This document shows positions 12,662-26,347 of a stretch of 64,000 nucleotides of DNA, piece by piece. Under the pieces are notes generated by a model that was given only the letters and a program-made list of their open reading frames with translations, searched no databases and was not told where the DNA came from. Within the stretch, counting starts at the first letter, position 1. Each line of letters starts with the position of its first letter. The translations under genes and the position numbers were made by a program. Source of the DNA: Utricularia gibba (taxonomy: Eukaryota; Plantae; Magnoliophyta); contig NEEC01000007.1 of the NCBI GenBank assembly GCA_002189035.1, forward strand, positions 2,914,001-2,978,000, read 5' to 3'.

Positions 12662-13070
12662 CCTTCCGGAAATTTCAAATCGAGAGAGAATGTTCTTCAT
12701 TGGTTGATTCGTGAATACCATGATATGTCGATCCTGGAAGTATGATTTCAACTTAGCGGCGGTCATCTTCAAAGTCAAGATGAACTTCTTGGTTACCGAA
12801 TATCAAGTTTCTGCTGGCAGAAAAACGTTACTCACATAATACACTGGTAGGTGCTTCTTCTCTGAAATAGTTGTTAGGATCGCACTGACTGCAACAGGCG
12901 ATATTGATAAGTAGAGTCCCAAGGGCTTCCCTTCCTTCGGGGCCATCAATAGTGGGGGTGATGAAAGATATTCTTTCAGTTTTTCAAAAGCAACTCGACA
13001 ATCCTCATTCCATTTTACAATGTTTCTCTTTTGGAGGGCTTTGAAGAAAGATGCCGATTTGTCTGCCGAT
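12662..13070 (-). pseudogene. End of RT and RNase H of the Tat element
   Basis: FFKALQKRNIVKWNEDCRVAFEKLKEYLSSPPLLMAPKEGKPLGLYLS...YYVSNVFLPAETRY...KLKSYFQDRHIMVFTNQPMKNIL. Confidence 0.85.
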
Positions 13071-13235
13071 CACCCTTCTTTTCTCATGAATCTCGTCTAA
13101 GTCTCTCCTTAGCTCCTCTTCTCTTGTACATCAGTGTGGCCTTCATTGCCAGAGTTGATGGATGTGTTGCTATTTGCATGGTGAGAGTTCAATAAGTAGG
13201 TCCTATGGATTTCTCGAGTGGGACAGTGGATCTTG

Positions 13236-13252
13236 CCCTACAGTGGGCACCA
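13236..13252 (-). other. Primer-binding site of the Tat element
   Basis: TGGTGCCCACTGTAGGG lies just inside the 5' LTR and resembles the TGGCGCCCACCGTGGGG-type PBS of Tat/Retand elements. Confidence 0.7.
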
Positions 13253-13256
13253 AAAA

Positions 13257-13780
13257 TGTTATGGTCGAAAATCGGTACTAAGGCAGAGAAAATAGCCGAA
13301 TGCGTCGTGTCCGATTAACATATCAATGTTTCGGATGATACGATGTGATTGACAGGAAAGAAGAAAATAGGGATTTTAATGTGGAAACCATCGGAGAACG
13401 GAAAAACCACGGAATTGTCTCGCCGAAAATTGGTTTTACTAGATGGAGGTGGAGAAAAAATACAAGTTAGAAGGCTTGGAATTCAACCCCTTCTTCTTCA
13501 GGTTTTTTCATATTTATAGAAGGGATTAGTCTGACCGAATTTTGAATCATATAGGTGTTAGCTACTTTCTGCGCTTCCTAAGTGTACCGTGGTCCTGCTT
13601 TCAAATAACCACCGACTGTTCTGATATTACTGTAATTCGGCTACTTTTTCAGATTGTCTAAAACGGCCACCACCGTCAAAATCGAACACTTATCTGTCTG
13701 TCGGCCTACAACAATTCGTTAGGACACCTTTTGGCTCCTTTTTAGTAATCAATTAAGCCAACCGATTTCAAATTCCACCA
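13257..13780 (-). repeat. 5' LTR of the Tat/Retand element
   Basis: TGTTATGG...ATTCCACCA followed by tatt; aligns with 9329-9875. Confidence 0.85.
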
Positions 13781-15615
13781 TATTGTCAATGTTATTCTCT
13801 GATGAGCAACAGTAGAGATGTGATGAGCATACAAGATTATTCACTATTGAGAGTCTTACTCCATATAGTGAAAAATCGGATGTGCCTAAATGCCTCATCC
13901 TACATGAAGAGAAATCAAACTTTGATGTTGCTGGTAATGAAACATGATCAACCATGTCCAACCATCAAAAGTTGAGTCCCCTATAGTCAAAGATGATGAA
14001 ATTGAAGAAAAATTGCAAATCAAACATGAGATTGAACAACCACCTTTATAAGCAAGCACAAGGATCAAGAAAAATCCGATTTGGATGAAAGATTTTGTAA
14101 GTTTTTAAGTTGAACTTGATGATCATGAAGAGCCTTCATTGGTTGTGGAGCTAAAGAACTATAAGAAAAGTTCAAAATATCCATGAGTGGAATGAGATTA
14201 TATCAAAGGAGATTAAAGCTCTTGAAAAAAACAAAACATGAGAGATTGTTCAATTGAGTTATAATAAAAAATCAATAGGATGTAAATGTGTATATAAAAT
14301 AAAAAAATCTTAATAAAATAGTAGAGTGCTATATATCTAGATTTGTTGCAAAAGGATACACATAGGTGAAAGGAATTAATATTAATGAATGTCTTGCACC
14401 GATGAGTAATCATTCAGATTCTTTTGACATTAAATGTCAAACATAGTTGGTTTTTGTGCCAAGTAGATATCAATAATATTTTACTTCATGGATATCTTGA
14501 TGAAGAGATATATATAACTCCTCTCAAAGGTTACAAATGTAAAAAGGGGCACATTTGCTTGCTATGTCATTCATTGTATGGGCTGAAGCAAGTACCAAAG
14601 TAGTGAAATGTGGAAATTACAAAATGTTTACATACATTAGACTTCAAGCAAGCGACCTCTGATCCTTGTCTATTCATTCATCAATCTTCATCCATGTTCA
14701 TGGCATTGATTGTATACATTGATAATGTTTTAATTGCAAGCTTTGATATAACATCTATTGAGGAGTTTAAGCAAACATTGCATTAATAATTCACTATTAA
14801 AGATATGAACAAGTCATGATTCTTTTTGGGTATCGAATTGAAAAAGACTAGCTTTGGTTATTTTCTTTTTCAACGATATCTACGAGACATCATCAAGAGT
14901 GTTGGTATGTCGGAGTTAAAGGAAATTCAAACCCCTATGCCTAGGAATTTCAAGTTCTCTAATTCAAGACATGAAATTTGCATGAATAATAAGTATATTA
15001 CAATTATAGGCAAATTGTTGTATCTCAATTTTAGATTTCCTAATATTTCTTTCTCAGTGTAGTAATCCTTCCAATTCATTCATGCATCTACAACGGAGCA
15101 TTGGATTGCCTTGAAGCGTGTGAGTACCTAAGACTTTTATATCTATATGGAGATGATTTGACTTTAGAAGGGTATTGTGATGTATTGAGGTATGTGTCCT
15201 AACATAAGACATTTGTCACATGATATTATAGTAGCCTAGATGATTGTTTAGTATCTTGGAAGACCAACAAACAAGGTATCATTTCGTGCTCCTCCGTTGA
15301 AGTAGAATATCAAAACATGACAGCAATTATTGGTGAGTTATTATGGATTTTATATATTTTGCAAGACCTTAAGCAAGAATATCTGAAGCCAATTTCTCTT
15401 TGGTATAATAGCAAATCAATGATTCACATAACGGTGAATCTGGTTTTTGATAAATGTATTATACACATTGACATAGATTGCCATAAAACACATTATCTGT
15501 ACACATTGGGTTTTTTATGTCCTCGTTATGTTCCTTCTACACGACAACTAGCAGATACCAAGTCACATTCCGTACTCTTGTTGGCAAGTTTGGTTGCACC
15601 CAGCTTGAGGAGGTG
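13781..15615 (+). mobile_element. Ty1/Copia remnant, 3' part (RT, RNase H, PPT)
   Basis: EIKALEKNKT.EIVQL...IGCKCVYKIK...RFVAKGYT (RT), SSVEVEYQNMTAIIGELLWILYILQDL...IHIDIDCH (RNase H), and PPT-like TTGAGGAGG near 15605. Confidence 0.85.
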
Positions 15616-16366
15616 GTAATGGAAACATGCGGATAAAGATGAAGCAAGCCATCGATGATTTATTTTTTTATTTTATTAATCACTAATTATAATTTTTTTA
15701 AATAAATCTAGCTTTTATTCATGCGTGATAAAAGACTATCTTTTTTGTTTTTCTTCATTGATAATTTCCACCAATAATTGGATACCCATGCGTTTTCAAT
15801 AATTTCATAAAATTAATCCTCACTTTTAAGAAATTGATCCATAACAATTTTTTTACTTATTGTTTGCATAGACATTTTATTATATATAATCATCACTATT
15901 TAAAATAATTAATATTAGTGAGTATCAATTTGTTAAAAATTTAATAAATTTAATTTTTAACTACTTATATTAAATTTTTAAATAGTAAATAACTAATTAT
16001 ATCTGATATTTAAATATTAAAATAAAAATGTTTAAAATTTAAATTTTAAAAATTTATTATATCTAAATTCTAATACATCAAACTTAAACAACTCATTATA
16101 CTTAGTAGACAAAATTTTGATGACTAATTTTATCAATAAGAATTAAATGTATAATTTATATTAAAAAATAAAGACTAATTTAAAAGTTTACTAAAATTTA
16201 AATATTAGAATATTTGATACTATTTCTTCAAATATTAATATATTTTGATATTGGAAAAACTTCTACTACATTTTTTTGTAACAATCAACCAGTTTTTTTC
16301 TATTTAAACATTGGCTTAGTGGCTAAATAGTAATATTAATCATGACTAATTAATACAATAAATAAT

Positions 16367-16529
16367 TACGCACATTTCGATGTAGAATAAAATTAAGAAT
16401 ACATATGTAATTATCATTTTAATCAAAAGTATTAAAATAAAAAAACTACGCACATTTCGATGTAGAATAAAATTAATAATACATATGTAATTATCATTTT
16501 AATCAAAAGTATTAAAATAAAAAAACTAC
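16367..16529. repeat. 80-bp tandem duplication (2 copies, about 1 mismatch)
   Basis: tacgcacatttcgatgtagaataaaatt...attaaaataaaaaaac is repeated with period 80. Confidence 0.95.
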
Positions 16530-17050
16530 AACTTCATTTAGAAATCTACATTTTTAATATTTACAAAATTGTATTATTGATTTTGAAAAGAAAATAAAGA
16601 TACTATCAATACCGCTACCGAGCTCAAATATACCAAACAACATCCGATCAACACAATACCCAACTAACGAACTAAAATGCTCACCCTTAGTCTACACACA
16701 ACAACAAAATCATCTGACACCACACATCATCAGCTCTACACAAAGCAAATTCTTCGTTTGAACTTAAAACGAATGTCATTTATTTTTCAAAGACAAGAAG
16801 CTGATACCATACTGCATTTCAGCTGAAGCAATTAAGTCTCAACATTAGGGAAAGAAGATACAAATAGGAACAAGCACACTCACGGACCTGGTATCCCGGT
16901 CATCATGATCCTTGAAACCAGATCCTAATGTCATCTGTCATGGTGTGCACACTGTATGGAAGCCAAAATCATATGTATCTCGAAACGAAAGAATGGTCAT
17001 TCATCCTCCATGTCAAGTCGCTGCCTTGTGAAAATGGTTTACTTTTCTCC

Positions 17051-20000
17051 TCAGGCCAACGAGCAAACCTTGTCTGCAACATCCATTTGAGATAAATAAA
17101 TCACATGGAGATAAGGGTTTATCTATAGGTACTTGTTTCTCCTAGCAAGTTCCACCAGGACTTTTTCTAAAACTCTTTGATCCCCGAATTTTGAGTATCT
17201 TAACAAATGTCATGATACACATCCCCTTTCTACGATATTGACTATAACTAGACTAGTATACACTCATCAGAAAGAAGTACTGGAGAACCTCACCTTTGAA
17301 AAAACATTCAAATATCAAAAGAAATGTCTCCTTACCCTGTTTTGAGTAACTACAGCATAACTGACTTTCATCTATGTATGTTACATGAAGACCAATCATC
17401 CATGAACCAACAGAGATGTCATCATGGGCATAGGCCTTCAAATAAGCACTGTATTGGAGAAAAAACAGTAGGTGCTAGGATGGATGAAGAGACTGTAAAA
17501 CAAATCATTCCAGTCTATAGCAGAAATTACGTTCAATCACAAGCATAAATAGCATGATACAGATTGGGGGGGGGGGGGGATTATTGGTCAGAAAAAAATA
17601 AAAGGCAAAAAACTGAAGGCACTGGGGACATACTTGGAAAGGATTTCATACGTCTGATCTTGTATTGCATGGAAAAAAAAGGGGAAAAAAACTTCATATC
17701 ATAATCAGTAAGAAAGCTCACCTGTTAATATGTATGTACTCAGCCATGCTCTTTGAAATAATAAGAATAGAGCCACCTGCATGTCGGAAGTACCTAAAGA
17801 GAACATTGGTTTCATATAGTCAACAGCTTGGTACTTGATCACTTTTAGAATTTTTGCATATACTCACGATTTATGATCACCAAATTTCCACCATTCAGGC
17901 TCATACCATGGTCTTCCCCTGAAAGAGAAAAATAGAGCTAATAAATTCAACAGGCAACTAGCACATCAGGCTCTCGTAAAGGGGCAACACAGACAAGCAT
18001 ATAATTTTATCGCTACCCAACATTATGGTATGTGCATAAAAATCATCATTACCATATCACGTACTATCTGACTGCCTTTAGAACTGGCACCATAAATTCA
18101 AAATATTCAAAATGCAGAGGATTCATAAAGACTAAATTACTCTTGGGCAACAACTTCACCAGACTTCATGCAACCAATATATGCACTATTTTGATCACGA
18201 TGTCTCTGGAGAAGTGCGATAAGCCCACCTGAAAACATGGTTTAAATACTTTAAAGGGAGACCGTGAAACATGGATGATGTAGTTGTCTGTAAGCTAGCA
18301 TGAACACTACCAAAATCCAGATCAACGTCATCATTGATTTTAATATAAAAATCTGCATCCCACATTTGAACTGCCGTACTAAAAAAGAATTTAGCCTTTT
18401 TAGGCAATTCCGCTTCAGCCTCCTCATGACGATCCTAATGAAAAAGTCATTCAGATAATTTATCCCAATAAAACAGTATATTCCATCCAGGAGAATAAAA
18501 CATAAAACGAAGCATTGCAACTGGCAGATTTCCAAGAACATCTATTGCGAAACTGCAGTAGCATTGACTACCCGACTTACAAGAATCAAAAAATCCTTCA
18601 TTCCGTAATTTTCTGCATCAATATTGCGATCTAGGCTGTCTCCACGATTAGGACTGAAAACAAATATCGAGTAAGAATTTTGGTGCTGTTTTAGTAGACA
18701 AATTTGTTGACGCCACACCCGACATTGATTTCAAAATAACAGGTTGAATGAAAAAAAAGGTTAACACTTCTAACTACGAGAAGTACATTTAAGAACCTTC
18801 TTCCAATCACAAATCGCAAAACTATCCCTTGTTCTTGATACTTTTCAATGTTGGCTGCAAGAGGAAACATGCTTCTGTCAAAGTCACTCAATGTACCAGG
18901 AAACATAGAAATGTGTGAATCAAAATCCAAAAGTACATAGAAAATGCATTTTCCACACATGAACCTTGTAAGTGTTCATACTTTGAATAAAGTCATGTAA
19001 TAAAAAAGCACAGCTTAGTGCATGAATGAACATATGGTCAATATTAATCAATGTTGTGAGGGCATGACCTTTCGACATCCAAGATCCCCTGATGACGTTT
19101 CGCCGCAACTGACCCCCAAAACCAGTAGAGACTCCAATAAATGCAAGCAGTTTTTGGCCAGAAATCATTGAATGGTTTCTGAGATAGCCTTGACTCTTAG
19201 CCATTGTCAATTCTGTCTCAACTTCAGCAATTTTTCGCTCCATTTCTCTGAAATAATTATAGTGAAATGTACAGTTAGATGTGAAAAAGGCGAAATCTCT
19301 GAACATCACGTGAGATCCACATTTAGAGGGAAATGAAAGAAGCGGATCAAGAAAATACATACTTGCAGCCAAGGACCTTTAACTTGTCTTCCACAGTAAG
19401 CACCTTAGGTTGCTGCACAAGAAAGAAATTTGTTTAACCAAACATTTGATCTGAGGATGCATTAGTGTTCCTATTTTGCAAACATTGATAACCCAATCCA
19501 GACCGAATCGAGAGTACATTCTGGGTAAACTAACAAAACCTTGGAAAACAAAGAGAAACCAAGGATCACTGTGGTTCGACAATTTGACTTGATATCTTAT
19601 CCAAGGATTAAACATTCACTAAATTGCCCCTTCCCAACCCCAGGAAGATTCCCTAAACTCACTGAGTAGCATTTTACAGAAGTCAACACTGCCTGATCCC
19701 TAAAACCCATACTTGTAGTAGAAGGTGCAAACAAATAAGCAACAAAAACATATATAAAAAAACTAAGAAGAATCAAAGTTCTAATCAAGAAGAATCCGAG
19801 AATGCAAACCCGAGAAGAATTTTGTATGAACAATTTCCACAATAGCACTCTGTTTTCCGCATCTTGCCAAAGCCTGATATGAAATCACGAAACCATCACA
19901 ACTCTCATCAAAATTCCCTCCATTCATTACACACAGTTTCCACAACTCAGCGAATAGAAAAAGAAAGAAACTCACCTTCCTGCAATGTAGAGCCAGGCAA

Positions 20001-20118
20001 GGCATGCCAAAAACGTGAGCACAAGAGAAGATCTCGAGTTACTATGAGAAGCCTTAGATTTGGATCGCCTCTCCGACTTCGCCGTCACAGGCAAACCCCC
20101 GTCCAGCGGTTCCTTCAT
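17051..20118 (-). CDS. HPGT: Hydroxyproline O-galactosyltransferase (GT31, HPGT2/HPGT3-like), multi-exon
   Basis: [35 protein letters not shown] / LWQDAENR / [16 protein letters not shown] / [11 protein letters not shown] / [10 protein letters not shown] / [12 protein letters not shown] / [22 protein letters not shown] / [11 protein letters not shown] / [11 protein letters not shown] / YFRHAGGS / [11 protein letters not shown] / DKVCSLA*. Confidence 0.92.
17566..17579. repeat. G14 homopolymer in an HPGT intron
   Basis: Seen directly. Confidence 0.9.
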
Positions 20119-21593
20119 TGTCGTCCTTCACTGGCGACGATCTATCCACGGAGTCAACGATGAAACTAGAAACTGCAAGAGAGTAGACGCCCTTCTCTAC
20201 GGCCAGATGCTTAAAGATCACGTTAGGGCCGTGATGCCATTGAAAAAAAAAAAAAGAAAGAGAGCGTTAGGGGTCCGGGACAGTTTGGTTTGTGCGGGTT
20301 GTACTCTAACTTTATTTTATTATGATATTCATAAATGTGTTTAGAGTGATATTTGTATTTAACATATGCGTAATTTAATGTTATTAAACGTTTTATGAGT
20401 AGGTTTAGAGGATTTTTTAAAATTTAAAATTACCTACTTAATTCTGATGTGGATGTGTATTCATTTAATACCTTAACCCACTTCTCATTAATTCGTCTTT
20501 TTCGTGGGGCTTTTCTGGAGTGCATCGCTTGCGTCATGCATTGCTGCAAGATATTATGACAACAAGGCATTTCTTTGGTTCGTCTGAGGATGCGTGCCCT
20601 GGCTTTTTTGCCTTGCATTTTCGAAATTGAGTATTAATTTATATGTAGATACATTTATAGGTCAATATGATACCAAGAAAATTGAGATGAAAATAAAATC
20701 CCAATGAGAAAAAGTACCTAATTCAAATTTTAAAATAACTAGTTTAGGATGAAGAATATATTTAATAATGATTAAATATCATATAATTGAATATTTTTGT
20801 TTCAAAATGACCATCGAGAATCGAATTACATGCACATTCGCTCCATACTTGAATAAAGAATTATTATTTTCTAGTTGATTTCCTATCTAGATTTGATATT
20901 GAATTTAACAAAATCATGAATATCTCAGGATTTTGTTCTCTAAATATAATTTTTTGAAGTGATTTTACTTAATTAATTTTTAATTATTTTGTAGTAAAAT
21001 TCAGAATTCAAATTATATTATTAATTTCAGAAATTATTAAATTTTTTAATTTCTGTTTTACTGATTGAACAAAAAATTAGTTAAATATTATAATATTATT
21101 TTAAACTATTTTAAAAATATATTTATATCATAATATTAAAGCATATTATAATTTAATTATAATATCATATAAAACAGTTTTATAATATTCAAATGACTAT
21201 ACTTATATATTTTAAAATTAAGTTTATTTTATGTAATTTTAATCGCGGATAAAAAAATGTCGTGGATGTCGATTATTTATTTATATTGTACCCTGAATAT
21301 TTGTTTGTAGGGCCTCGGCCTTTGGGGTTCTGTGGGCCGCTTTCGTTTGGCCCATTTCCTTTTTGGTGACGCTCGGTGCTCATTGTTGCTGCATCTACTG
21401 TCTATATATTTCAGACGCCTCATCTCCATTATCGCGTGGAATCTACATCCCGACCAGATTCCTTCTCCTGATCTTCCTCCGCCAGCGATCCCGGGAAAAA
21501 TATAAATGATGATGCTACTGGTTGCCCAAGAAGTATCATCTAGGTAATCGATTAAAGCGAAAACTTGGATGCTTTTTTTCAACGAAGGGATTA

Positions 21594-23684
21594 ATGGAGA
21601 CGGAGCTGAGAACAATAACTCAACCAGCCGTTGATCAGTCCGAGGTGAGTACTCCACTTCTCAAGGACGATCCCATTACCGAAGAAACGCAGAATGGAGT
21701 TGAGTTTTCTAATGAAAGTATCGAAGAGATGGAGAAAAAGTACGCTGCTTTTGTTCGTCATGATGTTTATGGTCGCCTCGGCCGTGGAGATTTGCCCTGG
21801 GTTGAAAAGTTCTTGCTTGGGCTCGGACTGGTCTTTTTATTGCCAATAAGAGTGGTTTCTGGTTGACCTTGTTGGTGATTTATTACGTGATCTGTAGAGT
21901 TTGTACGGCGTTTCTACCAACAGATGTGGAGGAGGATTTTGCTCACATGGGCACTTGGAGAAGGAAGGTGATTGTGCGGAGTGGCCGGTTTCTGTCGAGG
22001 CTTGTGTTGATTGTTTTCGGGTTTTACTGGATTTCGAAAAATATTCGAGTCAAGGAGCATGATCCCCAGTTGAATGATGAGGTACATATCTTGCTACTGT
22101 TGTGGATGTATTCGGTTAAATTTGTCTTTTTTTTTTTTACTCTTTTGGACCACTTTTTGCTTTCTACTCAGTATGATGTTCCACTTTTACAAGACCCATG
22201 CTCAGACTTTTAATAGTTGCTTCATTCTGTTGTTCAACTATCATCATTTACGTACCGTAATGAAAAATGTTTCTCATTCAGACCACGTCTAGGGACGAAT
22301 CCGAGGACTTGACAATAACTGGAGCAATCGTGTCCAACCATATATCTTATATAGACATTTTGTACCACATGTCTTCCTCTTTTCCAAGTTTTGTTGCCAA
22401 GGTCAGTTACCAGTTGTAGTGTTTTCTATAATCTCTTGCTGTCGATAGGTGGTTTGGCTAATCTCCTGATCTGATCCCTCTTGGTGCTGAATATACTTCT
22501 CATGCTGAAGGGCTCCGTTGCTGACCTTCCCTTAGTTGGTCTGATCAGGTTGATTTAATGTCCTTTTGTTAGAAACTCTACATGACTAAGTCTTATTTAC
22601 GCTAGTTTTGGTGCAACAGAATGAATCAAATATACAGATGTTTACTTTTCATATCATAGATTGTAGAATGCTCTCTTAAAATGTCGCCGTCTGTGTCTAT
22701 TGCAGCAAGTGCCTTGGTTGTGTCTATGTACAGAGAGAGGCCAAGTCTCCCGACTTCCGGGGTGTCTCAGGTGACTTTCTTTCACTTGCATCACTTCAGT
22801 AGCGATGGAATATAGGCCTTGATCAATGGATGAGGTTTTGTGATGATTCCTATATGGACCTGTGTTTAATGTTTGACGTTGAACCTCAACTTGATGAATA
22901 CAAACTCTTTGAATTCAAAAAGTGTTCGAGAAGCGTTCGCTGCTAGGATTGTGTTTTTTCATAATCTCATAATTTCCAGGTGTTGTCAATCAGCGAATTC
23001 AAGAAGCATTGGAGAACAAGTTTGCTCCTAGGATCTTGCTTTTTCCAGGTCACATTTGATATTCTGGACCATCCACCATCAGCATTCTGTAATGGAGCTA
23101 GTACTTACGCTTGCGGATGCCTAATCATTTCATTTGCTCCTTGAACAGAAGGCACAACTACAAATGGGGACTACCTCCTCCCATTCAAGACTGGTGCTTT
23201 CTTGGCAGGTGCTCCTGTGCTCCCTGTTCTTTTGAGATACCCGTTCCAGCGACTTAGTGTGGCATGGGATTCAATAACCGGGGTGTGTTATTTTTTCACT
23301 GATACCCCTGATAGCTGTTACAATTCTCCTTCTAGGACCCCAGTTATAGTTTGGGAATCTTGCAGGCACGCCATTTGGTTCTTCTCCTCTGTCAGTACGT
23401 GAACTACATGGAGGTCATACATTTACCTGCATATCACCCCTCAGATGAAGAAAGGGAAGATCCAAAGCTTTATGCTGAAAATGTCAGAAAGCTCATGGCT
23501 CACGAGGTTGCTGTCTTCCACATTTTTTTTGCCTGTTCTGTAGTGAGATGAGCATCGAAGTATGGTTGTGGTGCAGGGTAATTTGATCATGTCAGACGTG
23601 GGATTGACAGAGAAGTGGACTTATATGGATGCGCTTAATGGTAATGCCACCATGCCTACTGTTTTGCATCAGAAAGAAGATTGA
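21594..23684 (+). CDS. LPEAT1: Lysophospholipid acyltransferase LPEAT1; apparent 1-nt frameshift at about 21862
   Basis: EKKYAAFVRHDVYG, acyltransferase motifs AIVSNHISYIDILYH, FPSFVAK, CVYVQRE, FPEGTTTNGDYLLPFKTGAFLAGAPV, ending HQKED*. All splice phases are consistent except the exon 1 slip. Confidence 0.9.
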
Positions 23685-24073
23685 TATTTTGCTCGTTCCG
23701 CGGTCGAGTGCTCGACTTTAATTGCTTTACATAAGAAGGAACATCCACCATGGGAGACAGATGGTTTTGATGTTTCTAACCATGACAAACATCGGTGTTT
23801 TCATCCAAACTTTACCAGTAAAGCTTTCTAGTGCAAATCTGAATTGTCTCTCTGGTTGTTCCTGCAGGTTTCTTTTCTGAAAGATAAACCGGTTTGCATG
23901 CAATATGTGTGTACAGTACATACCTCACTTGTGTTGACAGCTAGTAATGAGATTCATTCATGGCTTTTCGGCTATGAAAACCACACTTTTTTCATTCCCT
24001 TGTTATACAGTCTCTTGTGGTGATTTGTGCTTCGGCTTGAACCAGAGGAAACTGAACAAAAGCAACTACAATG

Positions 24074-25045
24074 TCAAAAAGGGATGTTCAGTGTTTCAAC
24101 CGAATGGGACCCAACATTGGTTTCAATGTGTGTATGGTGTGTGCATTTCTTCTTCGGCATTCGGTGATTGCCCGAGGACGACCTCCTGAGTTCTGGTTGC
24201 CGGAGGCACATTTTCAGTGGGGATTGTAGCAACAACGACGATGTGGATAGCTGTTTTTGTCTGGAGGAGATTGAGGAGAGGCAGGTGAAGCTGCTTCTTA
24301 GCCTCCGTTTCTCAGAATTCTCAGTTTCGGGGTCGTGTTCCACTACGGTGATCTTGAGCGCTTCCGGGAGGATGCAGTTGAAAGCTGAACCTGAAGAAGA
24401 AGAAGAAGAAATGTGGTGCGCATGATTGTGATTTGGTAGTCATCTTTGGAGGAGAACGGGGGATTACCTAATTTGGCAAGGCGATTTACCCATTTAGGGA
24501 TACCTTTCCCCGTTAGTTTGCGACACACGTCGTCGCAGAAATGGTTACAGTTCTTAACGATCAGGTGATAAGTATCGCCGTTGTAGTCCCCGGCCAGGCG
24601 CTCGATGAAATGCCTGACTTGAGAAGCGTTTAAGTTGGTGGTTCCGATGAAGATGGATTTCCGGAACACGAACCCAGGGCACCGCCGCGGCTCCACTTCG
24701 AATACTCCGCTCGATGGGTAATCGTGCGCCCCGAACGCGTATTCCACCCCGTTAACTGCAAAAAAAAGAAGGGAGCTTTCAACTCTGAAATTGGTATCGA
24801 TTGGGGAGAAGAGTAGTTAGTTAACCTTCGACGCCGGAGTGGAAGATGCCGACACCGGCCCAGTAGAGGTAACCGTTCGCCGGCGTCAAATCGTAAACGT
24901 TGAGATACACATTTGTGGTTTTTGTGTTCTGATCATGGTTGTTGATATCATCCGGTTCTGAAAACAAGCAGAAGAGACGAGCTGGTTTCTCTGACAGATG
25001 CAGAGGGACGATGGATTTCCATCTTTTCTTCAACCCCAAGCTCAT
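24074..25045 (-). CDS. DeSI-like PPPDE putative deubiquitinase/desumoylase, 3 exons
   Basis: VYLNVYDLTPANGYLYWAGVGIFHSGVE / YAFGAHDYPSSGVFEVEPRRCPG...YHLIVKNCNHF, with the catalytic His and Cys intact. Confidence 0.92.
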
Positions 25046-26347
25046 TCTGCTTCTAGGTATCACTCGATTTCAACTGAGGAACCCCAGAGACATAAATATA
25101 AGATAACCGCGAAATTTCATCGGGATTCAGTGCAAGTAAATGAGGGAGATGCTGCTGTTAACAGAAAGAATGGAGAGATCTGGTCAAATGCTAGAAGCAG
25201 GAGACCCAACCAAATAATGGACATGTTTGCAAAGAAAAATCTCACCTTATTTTAATGGCGAACAATTATGACTCCTCCACATTTGGTAAAGACGGTGGCT
25301 TTCCTTTCTCCTTCCACTGCAACTCGTTCAGGTGAGGAAGAGACAGAAGTTGGGCAAAGAACAAGGCAAAGAAACAGTGGCAGTAGAGTTTGGGACAGGG
25401 GTAGCTTGCGAAAAGTTTTTAGGAGGTGAGGTGCCGGTGAGTGAATTGAATGAAGGGAGCAGGACAGCAAAATCTGGAAAAGGGAAAGAGAAGGGATATG
25501 CCTGAAATTGAATGACAAAGAGAAATAGACCCACAGTTGAATCTGACAACACAACACATCGCTCGTACTCCCTCTTCTCCACTTATATTAAAAAAATCTG
25601 TCTTTCTAAGAAACATTCATAAGCTCCATTGTTCAAAGTTCCAAATTTGTACAGAAGCCAAGGAATGGCAGGCCCTCGGAGTGGCTTGGCCCTTGGCTTG
25701 ACAGTTACGACTCACCTCCCTTGACTGAAAGAAAAAAGTAGGAGATCTGAGTGCTTTGCATTGCTTTGGTGTTCCTTGAATGTGTTTAGAATTGGACAAG
25801 AAGAATATGGCTAGGCCTCCCTTTAACACTTTTGTTTTTGCTTCTTTTCCACCTTCAAGTAAATGCTAGGAGTTTCAGATTAATCACGCGGCTCATGTGA
25901 AAAGAACACTTGCTCGTTATATGCCCCTTTGAATGTAGACACTTGGGTGAGATGGTTGTTGTGCTACTGATGGATGCCAAGGGCAGTAAGCCTCTGAGAT
26001 ACAGTGTTCAAATTCCTGAAGGAAAGGCTGAACGTCTTTGAGATCAGTTACTCAGAACGACTGTGAGCCTTCAAGGTTGTCTGCGTTTCCCATACTAGAT
26101 TGGAACCAACAAGATGAATAACTTCAAGTTCACGGGAACGCTTTTGTTTAGACTAGAAAGCAGTTCTACATCATTGGACCAACATAGGTATATCCACGTT
26201 TTCTTTTCCATATGCTGAGCTGATCATGACTTGTTTATTATAGATGATTTCCCTTACGAACCCTGTTTATTCCTCATTTAAACGGTATGATCCACCCGAA
26301 ACAAGAGAATACCTCTGGAGTTGTTACTCAAAAATCGTATGATCAGC

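Larger units (their letters stand above)
9329..13780 (-). mobile_element. Ty3/Gypsy Tat/Retand-type LTR retrotransposon, internally deleted, inserted in the Copia
   Basis: Two related LTRs with TG..CA termini, a TSD of tatt (atatt if the terminal A is counted), a PBS, a PPT, RNase H plus an additional archaeal-type RNase H, and an antisense ORF. Confidence 0.88.

Noticed and set aside
23685-24073. Possible overlapping 3' UTRs (cis-NAT) of convergent LPEAT1 and DeSI
   Set aside because: The 389-bp gap is ordinary for a compact genome, and poly(A) sites cannot be determined from sequence.
25652-25700. AAGCCAAGG...CCTTGGCTT hairpin starting like miR169
   Set aside because: Only the first 10 nt match and the stem is 9 bp; no extended precursor fold.
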